The translations under genes and the position numbers were made by a program. From an uncultured virus (IMG/VR IMGVR_UViG_3300025133_005019) (Duplodnaviria; Heunggongvirae; Uroviricota; Caudoviricetes), in IMG/VR virus record IMGVR_UViG_3300025133_005019: DNA of 64,000 nucleotides; one strand, 5' to 3'. The first letter of the stretch is position 1. Each line of letters begins with the position of its first letter. The notes under the pieces were generated by a model. The model saw only the letters and a program-made list of their open reading frames with translations. It ran no database searches and was not told the origin of the DNA. Below are positions 1 to 10,524 of this stretch, piece after piece.

Positions 1-2
1 CA

Positions 3-923
3 ACAACTATTGAAGCATTGCATCTTAATAAACTTATAGCACAGTTAAACGCTGGGCTTTACCATATAGATGAATCTAATACATTATGTAGTTCATTTAA
101 ACTTGCTGGTAATAAAATACCAGCAGCCGCTTATGTCACTGTTGACTCTTTTATTAGTAGTATTGAAAATACACGATTCAATACTACAACTGCTGACATT
201 GTTGTTGATATCTTAGATGGTGCAGTGCAAGTGGAACATGATAATCCAATGGAAAATTGGGACGATTATGCATATGCAAAAGTTAAAGCGACATTTACTA
301 ATTATGCAGAAGCAAGATACTTTTTTAATAGTGGCGGCTCGATAATTTTTGATATATCTGGCATTGGCGGTAACCCACGTGGCGGAGGCTGGAGCCAATC
401 ATTAAATTATATTGGTGAGGTTTGGGTTGGCGCAATAAGCACAACTAATACAGGAGAATCAATCCCGTCAGTTAATAAAGGAATCTTTGATGCATTTTCA
501 GGAGTTGATACAGAATTATATAGTGTAAAAATATCACAAACAAATTATACCGGTGGCGGTGGTGAGTATGGTGGTGAGTATGGTTACAGCGAATACGGCC
601 AGCCTGACTATAGTGGCGGTGAATATGATGCATGTACACTTAAAATTAATTTACTAAGTTCTGAAATAGCCCCAGGTGGTGTTTTTGAAATGTTATTTAC
701 CGTTATATTAGACGAGGAAGATATAGGTACTAATACAGTTGATATTGCATTGGATTTAGTTACTGGCTATCGCCTACCAATGGAAACACCAACAGATATC
801 GATTTAGCAGCAAGCCCGACGTTTGAATCAAAATTTTCGGCGGATACTACAACATATCAATTTCAAGACAGGGTAGCTCCTGTCCTGGGTATAAACACAG
901 TTTGGACCTTAGTCAATCATTAA
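3..923 (+). CDS. Probable virion structural protein (tail fibre/baseplate-like), 5'-truncated by the window edge
   Basis: Frame is open from base 3. Gly/Thr/Ser-rich beta-type composition; the 'ARYFFNSGGSI' segment resembles large-phage tail proteins. Confidence 0.45.
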   Translation, partial: TTIEALHLNKLIAQLNAGLYHIDESNTLCSSFKLAGNKIPAAAYVTVDSFISSIENTRFNTTTADIVVDILDGAVQVEHDNPMENWDDYAYAKVKATFTNYAEARYFFNSGGSIIFDISGIGGNPRGGGWSQSLNYIGEVWVGAISTTNTGESIPSVNKGIFDAFSGVDTELYSVKISQTNYTGGGGEYGGEYGYSEYGQPDYSGGEYDACTLKINLLSSEIAPGGVFEMLFTVILDEEDIGTNTVDIALDLVTGYRLPMETPTDIDLAASPTFESKFSADTTTYQFQDRVAPVLGINTVWTLVNH

Positions 924-929
924 TAATCA

Positions 930-958
930 TTGACTAAAAAGCCGAATTATTATATAAT
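930..958 (+). promoter_or_regulatory. sigma70-type promoter
   Basis: TTGACT-17 nt-TATAAT, then AGGAG RBS before ATG 988. Confidence 0.8.
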
Positions 959-987
959 ACTAATTAACTTATAGGAGATTTATCTGA

Positions 988-1332
988 ATGGATGAACGAT
1001 TGCAAAAAGCTCTGGAATTTGGAAATTATAGCCAAACAATAGCAAATCAAAAACAAAATATTAAAAATAGAGTACAACAACTGTGTACAGTACATTGTAA
1101 TAATGGCATGTTTATAGCTAATCAACAAACTATTGCATTTGTAAAAGCCCTGGTTGATTTGAAACTAAATACTTCTATTATAGAAGATTCAAAACAAAAC
1201 CCGATTGAAATTAAAAACACTTGTGAATTTTTAGATGCACTTGTTAGTGCGTATAGTGCTGCAATGACAGAGTACAATACAGAATATAGCAAACTTAAAA
1301 AAATTCGCAAACTTGAAAAATTAATGGAATAG
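988..1332 (+). CDS. Hypothetical phage protein (possibly tail-fibre-assembly related)
   Basis: 114 aa ORF with good RBS; function guessed only from position. Confidence 0.5.
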   Translation: MDERLQKALEFGNYSQTIANQKQNIKNRVQQLCTVHCNNGMFIANQQTIAFVKALVDLKLNTSIIEDSKQNPIEIKNTCEFLDALVSAYSAAMTEYNTEYSKLKKIRKLEKLME

Positions 1333-1335
1333 TAA

Positions 1336-2208
1336 ATGGAACCAACACAAGGCATTTGTTTTTATGCGTATAATAACGAACATATAGACTATGTCAGACT
1401 TAGTATGTTTGCAGCTAAGAAAGCTAAAAAATATTTAGATAGACCAACTTGTTTAATTACTAATAGTGGATCATACTCTTGGCTTCAAGAATCATTTACT
1501 CAAGAAGTTATAATGCAGTCATTTGATCATATTGTATTGACTGATGATAGTCTGGAAAAAAATATACGTGTTCATCATGACAGTCCATGGACTGAATTTA
1601 AAGCACAATTTTCTAACAGTAATAAGCATAAGATATGGGAATATAGCCCGTTTGATCAGACATTATTGTTAGATATTGATTATATTCTAAAGACTGATTA
1701 TTTAGAACATGTATTTGATTCTTATACTGGAGTTGCAATGTTTGATAAAGCAACTACTTTAAGGAATGCATCAGTACATCCAAATGAAAAACGGTTAAGC
1801 TATAATGGTATTAAAATGTGGTGGAGTACAGTAGTTTATTTTGATCGATCAGAGACAAGTAAATTATTTTTTGATATGTGGGCACATGTTAAAGATAATT
1901 ATCAGTTCTATAAACTATTATATAACTTTCCAGGGCATATGTATCGTACTGACTATTGTGTTAGTATTGCAGCACATATTTTAGATGGCATGCTGCCTGG
2001 TGACACCATCAATAACTTTAATAGCACCATGCAAAATTTAAGTCAGAAAGACGACATAATCAAAAGTGTAGATGACGAAACATGGATATGTTTAGCTCAT
2101 GATCCAGTTGAAAATTGGAAAAATTTGTTAGTTAGACATGAAAAATATGACATACATTGTATGAACAAACGTGCATTGGGTCGACTAATAGAGGATCATA
2201 ATGAATAG
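1336..2208 (+). CDS. GT-A fold glycosyltransferase-like protein
   Basis: 'SPFDQTLLLDID' DxD motif typical of GT8-like nucleotide-sugar transferases. Confidence 0.6.
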   Translation: MEPTQGICFYAYNNEHIDYVRLSMFAAKKAKKYLDRPTCLITNSGSYSWLQESFTQEVIMQSFDHIVLTDDSLEKNIRVHHDSPWTEFKAQFSNSNKHKIWEYSPFDQTLLLDIDYILKTDYLEHVFDSYTGVAMFDKATTLRNASVHPNEKRLSYNGIKMWWSTVVYFDRSETSKLFFDMWAHVKDNYQFYKLLYNFPGHMYRTDYCVSIAAHILDGMLPGDTINNFNSTMQNLSQKDDIIKSVDDETWICLAHDPVENWKNLLVRHEKYDIHCMNKRALGRLIEDHNE

Positions 2209-3034
2209 AGGGTTTATAACATCAGCAAACACAAAAACTGAACAAAAGTCAGCCGCTACACTGGCAAATAGTATTAAGATTCATAATCCAAATGCAAGTG
2301 TAACATTGGTAATTGACAAATTAGTAAATATAAACTCCAAATTTGAAGCGGCATTTGATTATATTATCGAGTTACCAAACAAAAGTGCAAAAGAATTACG
2401 TGCAAATGATTGGCAATTGTATTATACATCGCCTTATGATAACTCAATATTTATTCATCATAGTACAATTGTATGCCAAAATTTAGACTCAGCTTTTGAT
2501 TTTTTTGAACATAGTTATAATGTATGCTTTTTAACTAGTGAATCTAGATTTAATTATGATACAATAACTAAGTTAGATGGTTATTATGAAGATAATAATT
2601 TACTTAAACCGTCTACTATTATGTTTTATTTTAATAAATCTGACGCTAGTTTAGAATATTTTAAACTAGCTGAACCAATAATGCAGAACTGGCAACAAGC
2701 ACAGACAGAAATTTTAACTAATAAAAAGCATATAAAAAAGTATTATGATCCAAGTCAGATGCATAGTATTGTAATTAATTGTTTTCAACAACCAGATGAT
2801 TATTTGATAACAAATCATCAGCCAGTTACAGTCATTGACATGACATATGAAACGTATAGCCAACGATCTATTGCTAACTCAGGCAGTAATGATTGGGTAA
2901 ATTATCTAAATTGTTGGATTTACCCAAATTATAAAGTAAAAATACAAAATTTTAATATTAATTCAATATTTTATTATGATAATATTAATTTTTTAACAGA
3001 TGAGATATATGCAACATACAACAAAGAAATCTAA
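2201..3034 (+). CDS. Glycosyltransferase-like paralog with degenerate DxD
   Basis: 'A..LANSIK', 'FDYII' and 'SPYDNSIFI' parallel the upstream gene; DxD is replaced by HHS. Confidence 0.45.
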   Translation: MNRGFITSANTKTEQKSAATLANSIKIHNPNASVTLVIDKLVNINSKFEAAFDYIIELPNKSAKELRANDWQLYYTSPYDNSIFIHHSTIVCQNLDSAFDFFEHSYNVCFLTSESRFNYDTITKLDGYYEDNNLLKPSTIMFYFNKSDASLEYFKLAEPIMQNWQQAQTEILTNKKHIKKYYDPSQMHSIVINCFQQPDDYLITNHQPVTVIDMTYETYSQRSIANSGSNDWVNYLNCWIYPNYKVKIQNFNINSIFYYDNINFLTDEIYATYNKEI

Positions 3035-3998
3035 AACAGAAACACCGCACCGACAGTGGTGGATTAAGTTTGATAATATAACTGGGAAAATTTATCGGCT
3101 AAGTCCTAAATTTATCGAGAAAAATGACGATAATATTAGTACCGTGCATCAATTTGGTCACCTGACTATCATTGCTGATATTTTAGCTGGCAAAATATCA
3201 TTAAAGAAATGCAAAATAGTTGAAGATTTTACTACTGGTCAACCGGACATTGTTACAAAATCAAACAGTCTAGTACTGCAAAGCAGTGATGTAGTCAAAT
3301 TTAAACAAATTAAAGGAAAAAATCCGCAATCAGCTGATGTGTGCCTTGAATTATTTAAAGATACTAGCATTATTGAAATGACATTAAATGTATCAAATAT
3401 CAAGCAGCATATGAAAATAAACGAAATACACGAAGTGCAATTGGCTGAAGGTACACAATTTAATTTATATATTACAGAAAAAAACCAACCAGATTATTTA
3501 CTACAGGAAATAGAAATTGATCCATTGCTATTATTTAAACAGAAAAAGGTACAGGTAAAACTGGAATCAATAGCCAGCCTGGAAAATATAAGTATATTTA
3601 CAAATCCTATATTTAAATCATATAGTTTCATTATTAGTCAAACAGATGTTAATGCAAACAATACATTTAACCAAACCAACCAATCCATACAACAATCAAT
3701 TACCAGTAACGAACAAAAACATTTAACATTTCAGCGCAATATATTAAATGATAAAGAGTTCTATGTTAATAGCGGCCTACTGTCTACAGATAATAAATAT
3801 ATATTACAAAGTCAAAAAGAATTAGATATTATAGTTTGTGATACTACTCCAGATAATTTGGTGGGCGGGATATCATTAAAATGTCAAGATCTAATACAAC
3901 AAAATAAACAAACAATTAGTACAGGATTTAAATTGCCTAGAAAACCCATATTTTTGTATCAATGCAAAGAATTACAAATTAATTATATAGGAGAGTAA
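3000..3998 (+). CDS. Hypothetical protein
   Basis: Long ORF coupled within the operon; no recognised motif. Confidence 0.6.
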   Translation: MRYMQHTTKKSKTETPHRQWWIKFDNITGKIYRLSPKFIEKNDDNISTVHQFGHLTIIADILAGKISLKKCKIVEDFTTGQPDIVTKSNSLVLQSSDVVKFKQIKGKNPQSADVCLELFKDTSIIEMTLNVSNIKQHMKINEIHEVQLAEGTQFNLYITEKNQPDYLLQEIEIDPLLLFKQKKVQVKLESIASLENISIFTNPIFKSYSFIISQTDVNANNTFNQTNQSIQQSITSNEQKHLTFQRNILNDKEFYVNSGLLSTDNKYILQSQKELDIIVCDTTPDNLVGGISLKCQDLIQQNKQTISTGFKLPRKPIFLYQCKELQINYIGE

Positions 3999-3999
3999 T

Positions 4000-4980
4000 A
4001 TGTCATTAACAAGTATCAACGAATTTGATATTATTTTTATAAGCTATGATGAACCAAATGCTGACGAGAATTTTGCAGATTTGTCTTCTAAATGCCCGTG
4101 GGCACAACGTAGCCATGGTGTATATGGTAGTGATGCCGCACATAAAGCAGCAGCCGCACTTAGTGAAACAGACCGTTTTATTACTATTGATGCAGACAAT
4201 ATTGTTGACCCGGCATTTTTTAATATCGAGGTAGACATGGAACGTATTAAACCAAACGACGTTATTAGCTGGGCTGGTAAAAATGAAATTAACGGCCTTG
4301 TGTACGGCAACGGCGGCATCAAATGTTGGCCAAAAGATGTTGTAATGAACATGCAAACTCATGAAAATGCACCAGCAGCAGATAAGCGAGCCCAAGTAGA
4401 TTTTTGTTGGAACATTAATTATGTGCAAATGAATAATATTTATTGTGATGTAATGAACAATGGTAGCGCATTACAAGCTTGGCGAGCAGGATTCCGTGAA
4501 GGGGTCAAGATGGGATTAGTTGATGGTGATGTAGTTAATCCGCAAAATCTACGAAAATTAGTACATAAAAAGAATTTCCAGCGTTTACTTACTTGGATGT
4601 CAGTAGGTGAAGATGTTGATAACGGACTTTGGGCCATATATGGCGCTAGGCTTGGTTGTTATATGACAAACGTTGAACGAGACAAATGGGATTGGAAAAA
4701 TGTTCGTGACTTTAAATGGCTTACAACCTTTTTTGAATCAGCGATTGTTCCGCAGTTTGAAGGCGGTAATGAAATTGATATTCGAACTGGCCTACGCTGG
4801 AATAAAGAAGTATTAAAAGAAAAAACACTTGAGCTTGGTCATAATTTAATGACAGATTTGCAGTTAGATCTTGCAGACTTAGGTCCACAAGGAAGTAAGT
4901 TTTTTAAGAGTGTATATATTAATCCAAGCAGAATGGCACCGCAGATAAGAGAAGATCAGGTAGTTGACAGTATAGAATGA
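4000..4980 (+). CDS. GT-A glycosyltransferase-like protein
   Basis: 'FISYDEP', 'IDADN' DxD, 'AWRAGFRE'; paralog at 30180. Confidence 0.6.
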   Translation: MSLTSINEFDIIFISYDEPNADENFADLSSKCPWAQRSHGVYGSDAAHKAAAALSETDRFITIDADNIVDPAFFNIEVDMERIKPNDVISWAGKNEINGLVYGNGGIKCWPKDVVMNMQTHENAPAADKRAQVDFCWNINYVQMNNIYCDVMNNGSALQAWRAGFREGVKMGLVDGDVVNPQNLRKLVHKKNFQRLLTWMSVGEDVDNGLWAIYGARLGCYMTNVERDKWDWKNVRDFKWLTTFFESAIVPQFEGGNEIDIRTGLRWNKEVLKEKTLELGHNLMTDLQLDLADLGPQGSKFFKSVYINPSRMAPQIREDQVVDSIE

Positions 4981-5465
4981 AAAAAATAAAACAAACTGGA
5001 TTAACAGCAATTTTTGCATGTGATGAAAAATGGGGCATTGGCAAAGATGGTGATATGCCATGGCCTACACAAAAGCATGATATGAAATGGTTCCAATCTG
5101 TCACAGAAGAATCTACAATTGTAATGGGCCGCATAACATGGGATAGTTTACCAAAAAAGCCATTGTCTAATCGTAAAAACATAGTAGTCACAAGAAGACC
5201 AGCAGCTGGCGCAGACGAATATTGGTCTACTAGTAAGTTATTGCATGAATTAAGTAATAAAGATTTTAAAGAAACAGCAATAATTATTGGCGGCGCCCAA
5301 CTATTTAATTTGGTTCGCGATAATGTTGACCATATTTTAATAACAAAAATCTCAGGCGACTGGGAATGTGATACTATTTTGCCTTACGAATACATAAAAA
5401 AGAATTTTAAAAAAACAAAAGTTGAACACAAGCATATTGAAATAGAAAGTTGGAAAAGAAAATGA
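4977..5465 (+). CDS. folA: Dihydrofolate reductase
   Basis: GIGKDGDMPW, VMGRITWDSLP, RKNIVVTR, IIGGAQLF. Confidence 0.95.
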   Translation: MKKIKQTGLTAIFACDEKWGIGKDGDMPWPTQKHDMKWFQSVTEESTIVMGRITWDSLPKKPLSNRKNIVVTRRPAAGADEYWSTSKLLHELSNKDFKETAIIIGGAQLFNLVRDNVDHILITKISGDWECDTILPYEYIKKNFKKTKVEHKHIEIESWKRK

Positions 5466-6289
5466 AACAATATGTAGAAGCACTACAACATGTGCTAGAC
5501 AATGGTGAAGAACGAACTGACAGAACTGGAGTCGGCACCATTGGTGTTTTTGGTTATCAGATGCGTTTTGATCTTAAAGAAGGATTTCCAGCAGTAACAA
5601 CAAAAAAGTTAGCATGGAAGGCATGTGTAGGAGAACTATTATGGTTCTTAGAAGGCAGCACAGACAACTACCGTTTGGCTGAGATAACACATGGTGATAA
5701 GACCAAGCGTACAATTTGGACAGATAATGCAGACAGCCAAGGTAAAGCATTAGGGTATAATCCAGGTGAGTTAGGCCCAGTATATGGCAAGCAATGGCGC
5801 AATTTTGGTGGTGTAGACCAAATCAATTGGGCTATTAACGAAATTAAAACAAATCCAGATAGTAGACGCATTATTGTGTCAGCATGGAATCCATCAGAGC
5901 TTCCTGATATGGCTCTTCCACCGTGTCACACTATGTTTCAGTTCTATGTTAGTAACGGCAAATTAAGTTGTCAGCTATATCAAAGATCAATGGACGTAGG
6001 ATTGGGCGCACCATTTAATATTGCATCATATGCTTTGTTAACACACGTGATTGCATCAATCTGTGATTTAGAGGTAGGCGATTTTGTCCACAGTGTAGGT
6101 GATATGCATATCTATATTGACCATGTTCCAGCACTTAAAGAACAAATACAACGAAACCCAATGGCATTACCTAAATTACAAATGCCTAAGTTTGCATCAA
6201 TTGATGCAGTATTAATGTCATCAGTAGATGAATATATATTAGATGATTATGTACATCATCCAACAATACCAATGAGAATGGCGATATGA
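5462..6289 (+). CDS. thyA: Thymidylate synthase
   Basis: DRTGVGT, LGPVYGKQWR, MALPPCH, YQRSxD, PFNIASY; ATG at 5462. Confidence 0.97.
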   Translation: MKQYVEALQHVLDNGEERTDRTGVGTIGVFGYQMRFDLKEGFPAVTTKKLAWKACVGELLWFLEGSTDNYRLAEITHGDKTKRTIWTDNADSQGKALGYNPGELGPVYGKQWRNFGGVDQINWAINEIKTNPDSRRIIVSAWNPSELPDMALPPCHTMFQFYVSNGKLSCQLYQRSMDVGLGAPFNIASYALLTHVIASICDLEVGDFVHSVGDMHIYIDHVPALKEQIQRNPMALPKLQMPKFASIDAVLMSSVDEYILDDYVHHPTIPMRMAI

Positions 6290-7905
6290 AAAAACAAATT
6301 AACGATATGCCTTGGGAAAAGAATAAAAATGGATTTATTCCAGGCAATGAACATAACCGTATTGTTATGCGTGATTTACTTAATGAAACTGGTCCCGGCA
6401 TGTGCTTGGCAAAGTGGACACAAGTTACTATGCATTTGGGAGTAGGACTAACACACAGTTGTCACCACCCTGTTGCACACAAAATTGATTTAGAAGAACT
6501 AAAAGATAACCCAGGTGCATTGCATAACACCGAAGTAAAGAAAAAAGCCCGTAAGCAAATGCTTAATGGCGAGCGCCCTAGTGAGTGTGACTTTTGTTGG
6601 AGAATAGAAGACAATACTGGAGAAATAAGTGACCGTGCATTGAAAAGCTTAGATCAATATAGTATTCACGACCACGACGACATAATACAGTTAAATGGCG
6701 ATGAAAATATTTTCCCACGTTACGTAGAGGTAAGTTTTTCACATGCCTGTAACTTTAAATGTGCGTATTGTGGCCCTGCATTTAGTAGTAAATGGGCTGA
6801 AGAAATTAAACAACAAGGTCCATACAAATTAAGTCACGGCACCGATTTTAACCATGTGACAGACGTTCCTTTAAAAGCCAGTGATGAAAATCCATACACA
6901 GAAGCATTTTGGAAATGGTTTCCAGAAGCTAAAAAGCATATGCATACATTGCGTATCACAGGTGGTGAGCCACTTATGAGCAAGCACACATTTAAAGTTA
7001 TGGAACACTTGCTAGAACACCCAGAGCCAGAACTGGAACTAGCTATTAACTCAAATGGTTGTCCTCCTGCAAAGCTATGGTTGAAGTTTACAGACTTAGT
7101 TAACCAACTAATTAGTAGCAAAAGCATTAAAAAATTTACACTATTTACAAGTGCTGAAAATTCAAATATAGCTGCTGAATATACACGTACTGGCATGGAC
7201 TGGGAATTGTTTAAAAGTAACATTGACTACTTTATGGAAAATACATATAATACACGGCTTACATTTATGGCAGCATTTAACATTTTGAGTATTACGACAT
7301 TCAAAGACTTCTTAGAATATGTATTGTTTCTCAAGCGCCGTTACAATAAGAACGGCATGTACAAATGGCTCAACGAAAGCGGTATGGATACAAACACCAG
7401 CTTGCAATATGGACTAAGCACATATAGAATACCGTATATGCCTAACTTAATAGACCGTGATAGCAAAAGTGAAATTGGAAATCGCGTAGGAGTTGATATT
7501 CCATATGTGAGGGCGCCAGAGTTTTTAGATGCTAATATTGCATCTATGGAAATGCTACAAGAATATCTACTGCCAGCAGTTGATTTTATGTACAAAAACT
7601 TAGCAAACAATGAATGGCACGGACTGCTGGGATTTGAAAGCTTGGAAGCTCTAAAGCTAAAGCGTATTTTTGTTGACGCACTAATTGCGGTTAAAGATGC
7701 TCGTAACCACGACGAAACAACAACACGTCAAGACATTGCCAAACAACGAGCTAGGTTCTATGAATTTATAATAGAATACGACAAACGTCGAGGCACAGAC
7801 TTTACAAAGAGCTTACCTGAGATGACAAGCTTCTACAATGTTTGTAAGTTAGAATACCAAAAGCTACGCACAGAAATAAAAAAAGATGACAACACAACCA
7901 CCTAA
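6286..7905 (+). CDS. Radical SAM protein with N-terminal twitch/SPASM-like Cys domain
   Basis: CNFKCAYC, GGEP, N-terminal CLAKW/SCHH/CDFC. Confidence 0.85.
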   Translation: MKKQINDMPWEKNKNGFIPGNEHNRIVMRDLLNETGPGMCLAKWTQVTMHLGVGLTHSCHHPVAHKIDLEELKDNPGALHNTEVKKKARKQMLNGERPSECDFCWRIEDNTGEISDRALKSLDQYSIHDHDDIIQLNGDENIFPRYVEVSFSHACNFKCAYCGPAFSSKWAEEIKQQGPYKLSHGTDFNHVTDVPLKASDENPYTEAFWKWFPEAKKHMHTLRITGGEPLMSKHTFKVMEHLLEHPEPELELAINSNGCPPAKLWLKFTDLVNQLISSKSIKKFTLFTSAENSNIAAEYTRTGMDWELFKSNIDYFMENTYNTRLTFMAAFNILSITTFKDFLEYVLFLKRRYNKNGMYKWLNESGMDTNTSLQYGLSTYRIPYMPNLIDRDSKSEIGNRVGVDIPYVRAPEFLDANIASMEMLQEYLLPAVDFMYKNLANNEWHGLLGFESLEALKLKRIFVDALIAVKDARNHDETTTRQDIAKQRARFYEFIIEYDKRRGTDFTKSLPEMTSFYNVCKLEYQKLRTEIKKDDNTTT

Positions 7906-9277
7906 CTATACTATTGAAACAGGGTTTAGGAGCAATGAAAACAATCCAATATTGTTTCTGAAAACCCCCGGCGATTATAATTGGCCAAACCCTCTTTGGC
8001 CAATGGTAATGGACACCACGTCAGTACCGGGTATAGAAATTGAAAAGCCATTGCCAATTGATGAACTAAACGGCAAAACACAGATTGTTTGGTTCTATCA
8101 CAACGGCAATTATCAAGAAGAACCAAACAGCTTTTTATACAATGGCACAGTATTAGACTTGATTCCACAGGAATGGTACAAAGAAGTTAATGCCGGACGC
8201 ATACATATTATTGTACACACTGCACAAGAAAGTTGGGGACCAATCTACGAAAACAAGCACAACGACAGCGAAAGTGATAACGTACACTTACACTTGGAAG
8301 CCAGATGTGAGCACTTGGGATTACGCCCAGAATCAGTTACTTGGATAACAGGCGATATGAACGCTGAAGAATACTGCAAAGGCAAAAGCCGTGTAAATGT
8401 TAAAAGTATCTGTCAATTTCTTTACAGTATTGTAAACATCCTGCATTCGAACAATCTAACACCAGATGACTTTTATTACGAACCCTGTCACCCCGATGAC
8501 ATTGTTCATTTTGCTATTAGTCCTAATCGTTTCCCTAAAGTACACAGGGCTTATATTTTGACTCGCCTTTGGCAACTAAAACATGAAGTTATTTCTTACA
8601 GCAACTATAATGCTATTAATGGTTATCACAACGAAGTTCTCGGTCGTCACATAAGTGGCATTAACTGGAGTTTTCCAAAAGACTTGTTTGGACAAAATGT
8701 TACTACTTCCTATTGTGATTTACACCTTAAAGGCAGCACAGAGTATTTCAACACAAAGGATTTAATCAACTGGGAAGCCTATCGTAATTGGACACTTCAT
8801 CTATATTACTATCTTCCATTTTCAATTGATCCAGTAGACTTTAGCACAAACAACTGTGCTGAAATTGATGCTATGACTGGTATTAAAAATGAATACAATG
8901 CTAGTGCGTTTAGTATTACAACAGAAACGTGGGCCGAAGGCAGTAAAATGTTTATCAGTGATGCATTAATTATGGCCATCATAACTTGCACACCATTTAT
9001 TGTTTTAGGCAATAGCGGCACACTTGAGTTCTTAAAATCAAAAGGGTTTCGTACATTTGGAGACTTCTGGGACGAAAGCTACGACGACATCGAAGATGAT
9101 GTAGAACGTTGGGAAGCAGTTATACAATGTGTATATAACATAGGCAAACTTACAACTCAACAATGGAAGGAACAGCGAATGAATCAACAGGATATTGTTA
9201 GACACAATTTCCAAACACTGTTTGAAGTAGCAGAAAAAGAAGAACAAGCATTATACGAATACTTGCACAGCATATAA
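7886..9277 (+). CDS. Glycosyltransferase-like protein of uncertain family
   Basis: C-terminal 'FSITTET...PFIVLG...GFRTF..FWDESYD'; paralog of 15963. Confidence 0.45.
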   Translation: MTTQPPNYTIETGFRSNENNPILFLKTPGDYNWPNPLWPMVMDTTSVPGIEIEKPLPIDELNGKTQIVWFYHNGNYQEEPNSFLYNGTVLDLIPQEWYKEVNAGRIHIIVHTAQESWGPIYENKHNDSESDNVHLHLEARCEHLGLRPESVTWITGDMNAEEYCKGKSRVNVKSICQFLYSIVNILHSNNLTPDDFYYEPCHPDDIVHFAISPNRFPKVHRAYILTRLWQLKHEVISYSNYNAINGYHNEVLGRHISGINWSFPKDLFGQNVTTSYCDLHLKGSTEYFNTKDLINWEAYRNWTLHLYYYLPFSIDPVDFSTNNCAEIDAMTGIKNEYNASAFSITTETWAEGSKMFISDALIMAIITCTPFIVLGNSGTLEFLKSKGFRTFGDFWDESYDDIEDDVERWEAVIQCVYNIGKLTTQQWKEQRMNQQDIVRHNFQTLFEVAEKEEQALYEYLHSI

Positions 9278-9303
9278 AAAAAGCACCGTTAAGGTGCTTT
9301 TTG
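9276..9303. terminator. Bidirectional intrinsic terminator
   Basis: A-tract-GCACC-gttaa-GGTGC-T-tract between convergent genes. Confidence 0.85.
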
Positions 9304-9327
9304 TTTTTGTAAGGTGTAGGTTAACTG

Positions 9328-10524
9328 CTAACCAACTACTTCAAACTTTGGTGTACAGAAAATTAGCTTACCGCCTTCGTCAATCCAATCCTTTAAGATT
9401 TTATTAACAAACAGTTCACGAAAGTGAAACGGTAACACTAAAAAGTAATCTGCTTTGCTCTTGGCTTCATCTTCGTGTACAATAGGAATACTACTTCCTA
9501 CTAGGTACTTGCCAATTTTGTCTGGGTGTATTTCTGCCGCACCACTGATAAGATCACTGTCTAGTCCATAGTATTGCATAATAGTATTGCCCTTTGTGCT
9601 AGCACCCATAATGTACACTGTCTTGCCATTGGCTACTTCTTGTTTTAGAAAGTCTACAGTTTCAGTGCGATTCTTTTCCATATCAGTTTGCCATTGTGCA
9701 ATAGTTGTTGCGTCAATGCTTTCAGGGTATTCAACACTGTCACTGATTCGGTGACGAATAAACAACTGATAGCTACCACCATTGATGTCGTTTTCACGTA
9801 CTTCGAATATTTCCAAGTCGTGCTTTTCCATTAGGTAAACCAAACTCTTATAAGTGTAGTATTCAATGTGTTCGTGGATAACATTGCCAATGTCATTGGT
9901 GTCTAGCATTGGACGAGCAGTCATAAGTTGACATAACCAAACACCTTCTGGGTGTAGTGTATCCTTGATACCTCTGACAAAACTATTTGGATCATCTAAG
10001 TCGTAGAACATAGCAACAGTGGTAATAATCTTTGCTAGTGTACCTTTGCCCATAGCAGCATCAAAGTTGTCTTTGGTAAAAAAGTCACCAATCATTTTGT
10101 TGCAGTTCTTTTCTAGTTCGCTGTGAATGTTTTGTGCAGGATCAACACCTACAGTATACACGCTGTCTGGATAGAAGCTGAGCAATGTGCCATCGTTTGC
10201 GCCAATGTCAACTGCAATATCACCTTCAGACATTGGAACAATGTCCATTAGTGCTTGTGTAATACTTTGAAGATTGTCAACAATTTTTTTATTCAATCCT
10301 GACAAGTACCAATAGTTTTTGTATAAGTCTTCTTCTCTTACACTGTGGTCTAGTTGAATTAAATCACACTCGTTGCAGTGTACCAGTGTTAGTGGAGCAC
10401 TACCTACGTCTGTGTTGGGCTTGTCCATAAATGCGTTAATTTTCAGCTCGCCCATATCGAACACAGTTTTTAGGTCTGTGTTGCCGCAAGCACGACACGA
10501 TTGTACTTTTGTTACTTGTCTCAT
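9328..10524 (-). CDS. NDP-hexose C-methyltransferase (class I SAM-dependent, Zn-binding N-terminus)
   Basis: CRACG...CNEC, DIGANDG, HEHIEYY, GASTKGN: the TcaB9/NovU-type sugar C-methyltransferase pattern. Confidence 0.85.
   Translation of the reverse strand: MRQVTKVQSCRACGNTDLKTVFDMGELKINAFMDKPNTDVGSAPLTLVHCNECDLIQLDHSVREEDLYKNYWYLSGLNKKIVDNLQSITQALMDIVPMSEGDIAVDIGANDGTLLSFYPDSVYTVGVDPAQNIHSELEKNCNKMIGDFFTKDNFDAAMGKGTLAKIITTVAMFYDLDDPNSFVRGIKDTLHPEGVWLCQLMTARPMLDTNDIGNVIHEHIEYYTYKSLVYLMEKHDLEIFEVRENDINGGSYQLFIRHRISDSVEYPESIDATTIAQWQTDMEKNRTETVDFLKQEVANGKTVYIMGASTKGNTIMQYYGLDSDLISGAAEIHPDKIGKYLVGSSIPIVHEDEAKSKADYFLVLPFHFRELFVNKILKDWIDEGGKLIFCTPKFEVVG

Noticed and set aside
4006..4428. Antisense ORFs over the glycosyltransferase, and similar short antisense ORFs throughout
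   Set aside because: They overlap well-supported genes and have low-information composition
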